Shown here: positions 15,701-26,400 of the stretch, piece after piece
Layout: every line of letters begins with the position of its first letter
Numbering within the stretch: the stretch's first letter is position 1
Source: the human T2T-CHM13v2.0 reference genome, Homo sapiens
NCBI RefSeq assembly: GCF_009914755.1
Contig: NC_060932.1
DNA: 64,000 bases
Reading direction: 5' to 3' (one strand)
The notes under the pieces: generated by a model
The model's input: the letters and a program-made list of their open reading frames with translations, nothing else
Databases searched by the model: none
What the model was told of the DNA's origin: nothing
Position numbers and translations under genes: made by a program

Positions 15701-16232
15701 ATGCAGCCACATATATCTAGAATGTCCAATCTGAGTTAAAGAGCATGCTTCAAGCAAAGACCTAAAGAGTGGTGTTTGCAGTTACTTGTGATGACTTGCA
15801 TTTTGAAACTGTTTCTAAGTCTTGATGCTAGGTAAAATATCTGATTATTGTGTGCTAGGTCAAATACTTTGTATTATCTCAGATATATTAGGGAAAAAAA
15901 TGTCTTTTCCCCATTCCTTGATTTCCATGAGGAAGGTTTTCCTTAAGCATTGTTAGTTTCTTGCCTCATCCCTTATTTACTTCTCCCTATGAAAGCAAAA
16001 TGAATCTTTGCATTTGTGGGGTAACAGTATAGTATGCTCCTCATGTGGGCATACAAATTCATCAGTTATTTTTCACATGTGTTTTGATTTTTTTTTTTTT
16101 TGGTTTCTCTAGTGGGAATAAATCTGCTTATGTCTGCTCTGTGGAAAAATGCTTGCCTCTAGTGGGCTGTTCTAAGAGAGAGGCTTGGAGGAGAGAGATG
16201 GCAAAACACTTGGCTCTCAGGATTGGCTGCGA

Positions 16233-16916
16233 TGGAGAGGATGTGGAGAAATAGGAACATTTTTACACTGTTGGTGAGACTGTAAACTAGTTCAACCACT
16301 GTGGAAGACAGTGTGGCGATTCCTCAAGGATCTAGAACTAGAAATACCATTTGACCCAGCCATCCCATTACTGGGTATACACCCAAAGGATTATAAATCA
16401 TGCTGCTATAAAGACACATGCACACGTATGTTTATTGCGGCACTATTCACAATAGCAAAGACTTGGAACCAACCCAAATGTCCAAAAATGATAGACTGGA
16501 TTAAGAAAACGTGACACGTATATGCCATGGAATACTATGCAGCCATAAAAAAGATGAGTTCATGTCCTTTGTAGGGACATGGATGAAGCTGGAAACCATC
16601 ATTCTGAGCAAACTGTCACAAGGACGGAAAACCAAACACCACGTGTTCTCACTCATAGGTGGGAATTGAACAATGAGAACACTTGGACACAGGATGGGGA
16701 ACATCAGACACTGGGGCCTGTTGTGGGGTTGGGGGAGGGGAGAGGGATAGCATTAGGAGATATACCTAATGTAAATGACGAGTTAACGGATGCAGCACAC
16801 CAATATGGCACATGTATACATATGTAACAAACCTGCACGTTGTGCACATGTAGCCTAGAACTTAAAGTATAATAAAAAAATAAAAATAAAAATAAATTTA
16901 TATGTAATAAAAAAGA
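16233..16916 (+). mobile_element. L1PA (about PA4-PA6) 3' end, about 0.65 kb
   Basis: tggagaggatgtggagaaatagg...tagaacttaaagtataat + A-rich tail. Confidence 0.97.
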
Positions 16917-17190
16917 AAGGTGATTTCCATGCCCCATTGGCTTGCTTTCCTATTTTCGTAATTAGTTCCCAACTCAATATGTAAGAAGAGTACTATTCAT
17001 TGCGCCACTCGAATCTCCAACACGTTATTTACCACTGGGATCCTCCTCAGGGGTGAGGAGTCTGAACCGATCAAACATGAAATGGTTAAGTGATCGGCTA
17101 ATGTAAAGGTAGTGATAATACAGAACACATAGGAATTCTTTTTTTTTATTATTATACTTTAATGAGAGCATTCTCTATCAAATAGAGTAA

Positions 17191-17386
17191 TTAGTGACGT
17201 GCTAGAGTTGACTTGTACTTACTCACGATAGCCTATTTTGATTTCTCTTCCATGTTGAGTGGTGCCATGTCGTAGCTTGAAACTGGCCATAGTGGAGGTA
17301 TCTACACCACAGAAATTAGCAACTACTTCAAGTCATGGCTTCCCCTTGCCCAGAGATAATTGGTTTTAAACATTTACTACACCCAT
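17191..17386 (+). mobile_element. MER63A-like hAT-Blackjack element
   Basis: agtgacgtgctagag start; gtagcttgaaactggccatagtggaggtatctacaccacagaaattagcaa core; ggttttaaacatttac end. Confidence 0.75.
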
Positions 17387-17866
17387 GAATTTGACCTGGC
17401 ATAAATGGATATGAATAAAGTCTCAGATTGAGGAAAGCAGAAAGACACTTCTGATATCTAATAAGTATGTCTCCCACCCACCTCCTTGCTGGAGATACTA
17501 TTACAGAATACTGAAAGATAAAAACGTAACACTGACATTGACTCTCATGGTGAGGATAGGCTTTATCTACCATTAGTATTATCTCATATAAACAATAATG
17601 TAGCAGAAGGATTATAGAACTGAGAGTTAGGAAAGATTTCCACATGTCTCTACCACCAAACACTTGAGAGGCCTTTAATACATATGCTTTATTTTAAAAA
17701 GAAACAACTTCTTAGTCTCAATTAATACACTATTTGTATAATACTAAGATTGGAACAAACGTTAACTGAAACATATCTTAGTAGTAATATTTGTTGGGTA
17801 CCACATAATGTTTGTTACATTATTACAATAGAAACATTTTACTTTTCTTGTTAGTGCTTAAATTAT

Positions 17867-18175
17867 TTTATTTTATTTATTTATTTGGAGATAGGGTCTT
17901 GTTCTGTTGCCAGGTTGAAAGAGTGCAGTGGCACAATCACAGCTCATTGCTGCCTTGACCTGCTGGGCTTAAATGATCCTCCCACCTCAGCCACCTGAAT
18001 AGCTGGGACTACAGGCATGCGCCACCATGCCTGGCTAATTTTTAAGATTTTTTTTTATAGAGACAAGGTCTCCCTATGTTGCCCACGCTTGTCTTGAACT
18101 CCTGAGCTCATGTGATTCTCCCACATCAGCCTCCCAAAGCATTAGGATTACAGGCCTGAGCCACCATGCCCAGAC
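17867..18175 (-). mobile_element. AluJ, full length
   Basis: J-type agggtcttg, atcacagctca, gatcctcccacctcagcc; TSD agtgctta(a/c)attat at 17853-17866 and 18176-18189. Confidence 0.95.
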
Positions 18176-19129
18176 AGTGCTTACATTATAATCTAGTGCA
18201 TTATCTACCATTATTAAAATATGTGGATGAATCAGAAAATGTATAGAGAGATAAGCTAAATAAAAAATTATTTAAGGTAGCTACTATGAGGGGTTTATCA
18301 TTTATTAAACTGAAGCAATTCACTGCTGTTATTCAACGTATGGCTTCAACAAAATACACTATTTTGAAGAAGTTGTGAAATGTGTATCCCTACATTGATA
18401 GATAGCACTAAGAAAAAATAAATTGAAAGAATTCATCTAAAAACAATTCTTAGTTGAATATTTACTGAATACTTTTCAGATCTGTGATTAACACTTTAAA
18501 TATAACAACAGACTGCCATCTCTTTGATGTCTTAACACACAATTCATCTGAAATCAGGAGATTAGTCCAAGTGAAACTTGATTTGCTTTTAAAATCCAAT
18601 ATTCTATTTCTATATTGATTTAAAGTCAAAGTAAACGGGTCATCCTATAAGATAAAGGGGAGAAAGTTAATACAGCATTCTGCATAGAGGAAATAGAAAT
18701 AAATGAATGGATAAAGGTAAATAAAATACATCAATAAAGTTATTTAAACTATGTAAAAATGATCACTATGTAAGCAAACAGTGATTCAATAATAAATATG
18801 AAAACTTTCTGCTTGTTAATAAGTGAATTATATATATATATTATTTTAAAACAAATTTTAATAATTTAATCCCAAAATAGGTAGAGAAGTGATTGAATTA
18901 CATGAAATCTCTATTTATACCTGTCTTGTAACTGTCACAGCAATGGTATTTGCAAAGTGTTTACAACATCATGAATGTTTGCTGAGTTAAATTGCATTAG
19001 CATGTCATGAATAAATACATATTTTAACATTTGCTACCTGCATAATTCATCTGGCATTATTCTATATGTCTTGCTGTCCTTTTATTCTGTATATAGACAG
19101 CACAGTTTATTGGGTAAGAAATTAATTTC

Positions 19130-19260
19130 TGGAGAGGGACATAATGAGGTTTGAATTTTAGCATTCTCATTATTAGCACTGTGACTTCAGGGAAGTCACT
19201 TGCTGCCCTGATGAAATTTAGTTTCCTTTCTCTAAAATAGACATAGTAATGCATAAAATG
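19130..19260 (+). mobile_element. MIR fragment
   Basis: ggtttgaatt...ctgtgacttcagggaagtcactt...agtttcctttctctaaaatag MIR core. Confidence 0.65.
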
Positions 19261-21264
19261 TTCTTTTGAATAAGTAACCTATTACTTAACATATAACAAG
19301 CATGAAATAAGTTATTTCAGCAAAATAAATACATTCTTAAGCAAAATCATTTATTATTTATTAGCAAGCATTCCTTTCTAACTAGAATAAAAAGTTGGCA
19401 AATAATTACAGGAACTATATTTTACACAACTTTCTGGGTGTAGGGAAATCCACTGACTACAACAAACAGCTGTTTTTATCTAATTAGGGAAGTCATAACA
19501 GATCTTCTTACTTATTTGTATACCTCTAATTTTAGATTAGCTTTATTTTATTTTGATCTCTTAATTCAACAAGTTTAGCCTCCAGGCAGGTAGAGCTTAC
19601 AGAAATACACAAAATTTCCATTAATAATAAAAGACCTGATGCTAAAAGTTAAATCTGAAGGATGAATTAAGTAGTCCAGTGTTCTGAACATTTATTTAAC
19701 CTCATAAACATGCTGGGTTTTGTGCTGATTTTAACATTAAACAAACAAAAGTTTCTTAATTTTTAGTTATAAAGGTCAATTTTCGCAGTTCAGAAATGAA
19801 TACTAACAGTCCTTCTGCACTTGGTTGAGATCCAAGACTACCAATATAAATGATTCTAATACATTTTCCAGAAATCTTGACAAAGAAGACAGAAGTTAAG
19901 TCAAGATAATATGTAATTTCACATTTTATATAATTTTCAGTTTAAAGAAACCAGCTAGCTATTCTACTGTGATATTCTATTTCAGAAAAAAATTTTTTAA
20001 AGCTTTGAATAAGATTTTATTCTCCACTTCCAATTTTTATCAATTTGACAAAGTCAGATTTTCATGAGTAATAATTAATAGATTTGTGTCCATAGTATCA
20101 AACTAAATTTTGAATTGGGGGGAAAACAGCATTCTTTGTTATTTGTTTAAAAATGCAAAATTTTTATCCATTTTAAAGGGATACTGGTTTCATTTTCTTT
20201 GTTTATTTTGTATTTTTTTTGTTCTGTGTTTTTTGTGTATTTTTTAAACCACCCACACTCAACGCCACACATTTTGAGTATTTGGCCACTTAATATGAAT
20301 TAAAAATTTTCCTAAAACCACAGTGTACCAAGTTATTGCAGAAAAATACTAAAATAAAAATCTTCTTTTATGATATTAGTGGAAGCCTTTTAAATAAATC
20401 AGATTGAACCCTTACTTGAGCAAAACCAGGTAACTTATCTACAAAATGACTGTACGAGAAAGATGCCTTGAAGGAGTAAAACCACTGAGGTCTCCAATTT
20501 CACTGGAATACCCTATGGATATTAAGAGGAACCTGACAAGAATGAAGGACTCTCAGACACATACGGAAATCACAAAATTCCATAAACTTTTCCTGACTTT
20601 TCTAAGAACAAGAAAGAAATATCAAAGCCTAAAGGAATAAAGAATTACTTTCCAGATAATTCAGAAAGGAATTAAATGCTGAAAACTGACATCTGTGAAT
20701 ATCACATTTTTTGAGAGTTATGTATAGAGACCATCCAAGTATCATAATTTTATTAAAAATATATACATAGTAACTATTGATAATATTGTTTATTGGTATA
20801 ATTGATGCATTATGATATTTAAATGATTCTTTGGAGGGGTAATTAACTTTTATACATAGGCTTTTTTTAGTAGTATGTATTATTATGTTGATCTATATTG
20901 AAATAGTATTATTTTTTAAAAACATATAGAAATTTTATCTTTAAGGCTCAAGTTTTGCATATATTTTAACATCAAACTTTTCATTCAAGCTATTCATTCG
21001 CAGCTGTCAGTAAATTTTATGAAAGAAAATAGATATTCGTCATAAACCAACTCAAGTCATTCTTTTTCTGCTTTAGAAAATAAAAAATGTATCTCCATTT
21101 CCATTTACTTGCTCAATCTGTTGTCTTTCTTATGAAAAGGGTCACCTTTTTAGCCATGAGAAATATATCCAACTGTACTGGAAATATATCCAACTATATT
21201 CTCATTTTAGCAATGATCTCACTTAATCTATTATTCTTCAACTTATAAAATAAAAAATCTCCCT

Positions 21265-22740
21265 AATTTATTTAATATATTTGTGTATAAAGCCAAGTGT
21301 TATGTGACAACTACAGGGGTCCTCCCTTATCAGTGCTTTACTTTTCATGATTTGTTACCCATGGAGAAATACACTCTGAAAATATTCAGTGGAAAATTCC
21401 AGAAATAATTCGTAAGTTTTAAACTGAGTGCTGCTCTGAGTAGCAGGTAAAATTTCACATATTCTCTCTTCATCCCAACAGGACATTAATCCTCAGTTTG
21501 TCCAACATATTCATACTTAGTAAAGATGGAAAAGTGATTAAATTTCTGGGTGGAAGCCGTGTTCCAACTGACAGCAATGGGTTCAGTACTATCTGTGGTT
21601 TCAGGCATGCACAGAGGGTCTTAGAACATATCCCTGGATGTTAAGTGCAGACTGCTATACTGTAATTGATGCTGGAGATAGAATGAGAGAAAAGTAGACA
21701 TATTTCCTGCTTATAGAATTTACATTTTACTTGGGGAGTTATTTAAGAAAACTGATCATTATAATGCTGCCGATATGCTGTGAGTTAATATAGTAGGTGC
21801 TGTGTTGGCACAATTAAGTTCTACCCAAGAAGGTTTGGTTAATCAAAAGAGGCTTGCAAAAGAAGAGCTGTCCAAATTAGGCCTAATTATTTTGACGAAA
21901 CTAACCTAGTAAAGGGGCAATTGAAATGGCATATAAAAAAATCTAGAGATGAATAAAAGCTTGAAATGTCTGAGGACCTGCAGTAAGTTCAGTGTGGGTG
22001 CATAATAGAGGATGAGAGGAAATACACTGGTAGATGAAGCGGCAGACATAAGCTGAATTTTGTTATAGAGAAGCTGGTAGTGATCTTAAGAATTAATTAT
22101 TTCACAAAAGCAATTAGGAGATGTTGAAGGGTTTTAAGGAGGAAGATAAAATGATTCCACTTCACTTTAGAAAGATCACGTTAACCACAATATATGGAAT
22201 AGATTACACAGGTTCAAAACAAGAAAAAACAGACAACCAGCTAGTCTTACTAAGCTATGAAGGCAAGAGATTTACATGAACTGACTAGGAACTAAATGTG
22301 ACGATGAAGAGAAATGAGCAAATTTGAGACAGTGTTATTAAAAGTAAGTAAATGAAGAGGCAATAGAAAAATCTATCTTGTCAGAATTTTTGCTTAGATG
22401 AATAGGCTGTCAATAGGTTTGTGGGTTGTGGATAAAAGCTCAATTTAGGGCATTTTGGTTTCAGGTGTCATTGAGACAACCAAGCAGGAATGTCTACTTG
22501 ACGGCTGATGCAAGTATCAGAAGCTCAGGAAGGAAGGCATATATAGAAAGGTAATATGAGTATCACAAGTATATGGGAAGTAACTTAAACCTTATGACTA
22601 AATGAGATTGCATGAATGAATGACTATAAATGCTAAACATAAATTCCAGTTGAGACCATTTAAATAAATAGCCTTAAAACAAAAACAAAAGCGAAAGTCA
22701 TTATGGAAACTCAGAAGAATAAAATACTGATGGAAATGTT
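21265..22740 (-). mobile_element. L2, interrupted by MER44
   Basis: gatgctggagatagaatgag...ttcctgcttatagaatttacatt; ttgaagggttttaagga; tttagaaagatcac. Confidence 0.7.
21314..21657 (+). mobile_element. MER44-like (TcMar-Tigger7 derivative)
   Basis: TA-flanked; caggggtcctcccttatc start; gaaaatattcagtggaaaattccagaaataa; gggttcagtactatctgtggtttcaggcat...gggtcttagaacatatccc end. Confidence 0.85.
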
Positions 22741-22779
22741 TTATTACTAAATCTATCAAACCTTTTAAAATGTTTACGT

Positions 22780-24770
22780 TCCCTGACAATGGCAGCATTT
22801 AACATTCTAGGTCATTCCATTTTTCTGTTTTCCAAAACACGACTCTCATTTTAGTTTTCTTTCTACTTCTGGCCTTCATTGCAATCTCCTATTTTTTTTC
22901 TTTTTCATACATTCTGGATTCGTGTTTCACTCTCTCCACCTATCATTTTTTGCTCCTTTCCTTAAAGAATTTCTCATACCTCTGAATTTACCTACCCATA
23001 TATGTGAAGGAGTCCAAATCTTACATCACTACTCTAGGACTCTGTTGAGTTAGATTTATTCAGTCTGTTTTCTAGACCCTGTCAACCAAACACTCTACCA
23101 GCACTTCAATTCATTATGTTCTCTAAAACTGTCCTCTCCTTTTCTATTCTCTATTTTCATTTTTTTTTTTTAATTTCAACTTTTATTTTAGACTCGGAGT
23201 ACACGTGCAGGTTTGTTACACGAGTAAATTGCGTGATGCTGCGGTTTGGAGCAGGGATCCCATCACTCAGATAATGAACATAGTACCGAATAGGCGATTT
23301 TTCAACCCACATATCTCTCCCTCCTACCTGCCTCTAGCAGTCACCAGTATCTATTGTTCCCATCTTTACATCCATACGTGCTCAGTGTTTAGCTCCCACT
23401 TATAAGTGAGAACATGCAGTATTTGTTTTTTTTGTTCCTGCATTAATTTGCTTAGGATAATGGCATCCAGCTGCGTCCATGGTGCTGCAAAGGACATGAT
23501 TCCGTTCTTTTTTATGGCTGCATAACATTCCATGGTGTACATATACCACATTTTCTTTATCTAACCCACTGTCAATGAGCACCACAGTTGATTTTATGTT
23601 TTTGCTATTGTGAACAGTGCTGCAAAAAATATGCATGCATGTATCTTTTTGGTGGAACAATTTATGTTTCTTTGAGTATATATCCAGTAATGAAATTGCT
23701 TCACTGGCTGGTAGCTTTGTTTTAAGTCCTTTGAGAATTCTGCAAACTGCTTTTCACAGGGGCTAATTTACATTCCTACCATCAGTGTGTAAGTGTTCTG
23801 TTTTCTCCACAGCTTTGCCAGTATCTGTTATCCTTTGACATTTTAGTAATAGTCATTTTTGACTAGTCTGAGGTTATATTTCATTGTAGTTTGATTTGTA
23901 TTTCTCTGACGATCAGTGACGTTGAGCATTTTTTCATATGTATGTGGGATGTTTGGATGTCTTCATTAATATGATCTCTACTTAACTAGTCAAGTTGAAC
24001 AAGTCAGAATCCTGAGACATAGCCAAAGATTCTTACATTCTGTTCCCAACTTTTTTCAGTTTGTCAGGATGTCCTGCTGATTTTGCTACATCAAATTTCT
24101 TAGAGTCTACTCCGTTGCTTCATCAGTCATTACAACTGCAGAGCAGGGGTTCAATAAATGCTTTTTGAATGAATGAACTAATTCCTCTTCTCTCTGCCCC
24201 TACCTGAGTTTATGCTCCTCATTACTCCTTGCTCACAAATTGGAATACATTCTCAATGTCTCCCAGTATAAATAACATTTCCTTAAAATTAAAGCCAGTA
24301 TAATTTCTTTAAGTCTGAATTTAATTTGTTCAATCACTTTCTTAAAGTCCATCAATATCTCCTTACCTCCTGCAAGACACATTATAAACTCCTTAGCATA
24401 TTGTTATCTTTACCCACTTTTGACAGCCTGGTTAAAGGCTGACCCAGTAAATCCTCTTAAAGGTTTCCTAGAATGAGAATCTCCTTTTCTCAGGACTATG
24501 AACTCCTGTAGCTCCTGAGGCTCTGCTCAGTTGTTTTCTCCCCTGACAGATATCTCAGCTCCTCCACCCATTGTAGAGAAGTGAGCAATCCTTTATTGTG
24601 CTCCTAGAGATTGTAATGGTTAGCTAACATTTCAGTCTCCCTCAGGTGCACTACATTTTATGAGGATAAGGATTTTTTGGAAACATTATTTTCTTTTATT
24701 TCACATTTAAAATAGGCATAAAATCATGTGTGGCACTCATCAAATGCTGGTTCAGTAAAAGAATGAATAC
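22780..24770 (+). mobile_element. Old L2, sense, interrupted by L1PA15/16
   Basis: Pyrimidine-rich L2 body (tccaaatcttacatc, aaactccttagcat) ending tcaaatgctggttcagtaaaagaatgaat. Confidence 0.55.
23159..23964 (-). mobile_element. L1PA15/PA16-type 3' end
   Basis: ttcaacttttattttaga...gtaaattgcgtgatgctg...gctcccacttataagtgagaacatgcagtattt; poly(T) at left. Confidence 0.92.
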
Positions 24771-24888
24771 GTCATATGTAAACATTTCAAAATTCACCTG
24801 CACTAACAATAATATCCGAAAAGTAAGATAATCATACTAGAATACGGGAGATGTATCTTTAGAAATAATACACTAAGAAACTGTAATC

Positions 24889-25014
24889 TTTTTTTTTTTT
24901 TTTTGTCTTTTTTTGAGAGGGAATTTTGCTCTGTCACCCAGGCTGGAGTGCAGTGGTGCACTCTTGGCTCACTGTAACCTTGCCTCCCAGGTTCAAGTGA
25001 TTCTCCTGTCTCAG
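24889..25014 (-). mobile_element. 5'-truncated AluS (partial right arm)
   Basis: (T)n gagagggaattttgctctgtcacccaggctggagtgcagtgg...ttcaagtgattctcctgtctcag, then unique sequence. Confidence 0.93.
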
Positions 25015-26044
25015 AAAAAGTGGAATCAACTTTAATGAGAGACTGGAAAAGTGCTAATCAGAAGGATTCTGCTGAAAGTTAGGAGAGGCAGCAATCCACT
25101 CTTACTTACCTTACCACTAATATATTATTAGTGCCTTACCACTAATATATTATTCCTGAGAGCCATTTGAGTGCTGTCATTAAAAATGACTTTTCCTGAA
25201 GTTCCCTCCTTTAGTAATGAGCTCATAATGTCAAAGAGCAAAAGCTTTTAAGGGCCATATTCTTTAACAAGAGGGATAGATTACTTCATAAAGATATTAG
25301 GAATTACCAAGGGGATAAATCAAATCACTCTTACCGCATTTTCTTTCTTCGGAAAATCAGTAGATTTCAAAATATAACACAGAAAGCTAATGACTCAATA
25401 GTATTCATAGTTAATATAGTCTTGGGTAATCTTGAAGGCCTCCTGATCATGTATCTATTCATGTATAGCTAATTTTCACATTTTAAAATTACTTATTATC
25501 CAAAATTTAATTTAAAAGTATGAAAGCAATCATGAATACTAGTCTTTAAACATAAATGTCCAGAGCTTTATCAGAATAAAACCGATAAGGACTTTGTACT
25601 GGAAAAGAAGATGATTCTCACGTGAGAGACTTTTTTTTTTCTTGATACAGGATAATTTCAAAGAAATTATGAGTTAATGTGATTCCAGCCAGTCCAGGTT
25701 GGCATAATTTGTTATTAAAGTCAATCAATATCTCCCTACCTCCTGCAAGATACTCTCTACTCCTTGGACACTTGATACTGTATTAGAAATGACAGACAGT
25801 AGTTACTTAGAGCAGAAAGATAAATCCCGAGATATACTTGTCATCAATCACATTAAGAATAAACTATAAGTATTTATGCATTAGCTTTAAGTTTTTCTTA
25901 ATAAAAGTCTTCTATTACAATGATAACATATACTTTAAGCGCTTTTCCCCTATATTTACTACTTTACATTAAGGGAGTTTTAAATTTAAGGCAAGATATT
26001 AAGAAACAGAAAATTGGGAAGAATAGTAAAAGCAATTAAAATTG

Positions 26045-26400
26045 CTTTATCTTCCTTCTGGATTCATTTTTCTTCTTCCTGTAAAGTGTCCTTCAGAAGT
26101 TCCTTTTCTAAAATCTGTTGCTATCGTATCTTTGCCTTTGTTCTTACAAAGTTTGGGTACATAATTCTACATTATCAGTCAATCACTTTTAGCACTTTGA
26201 AGATATCGTTATCCTGTCTTCTAGTTCCCATTCCCATTATTGCTACTGTGAAGTCTACTCTCAGTCTAAAGATTATTGTTTTGTAAGCAATCGGTCCTTT
26301 TCTGCTGCATTTGCTCTTTGAAGCCTGGAATTAAGATTTTCCTCTTCTTTTTTCATCAGTTTCACAATAATGTATCTTCGTGAATATTCCTCTGTTTTTA
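26045..26400 (-). mobile_element. Ancient L1M/HAL1-type ORF1-region fragment
   Basis: tttagcactttgaagatatc...tgtcttctag...ttgctactgtgaagtct...cagtttcacaataatgtatct typical of antisense old L1 ORF1. Confidence 0.6.

Noticed and set aside
21160-21195. gaaatatatccaact direct repeat with 6-nt spacer
   Set aside because: The spacer is not clearly an inverted copy, so it was not counted in the templated-filler class.
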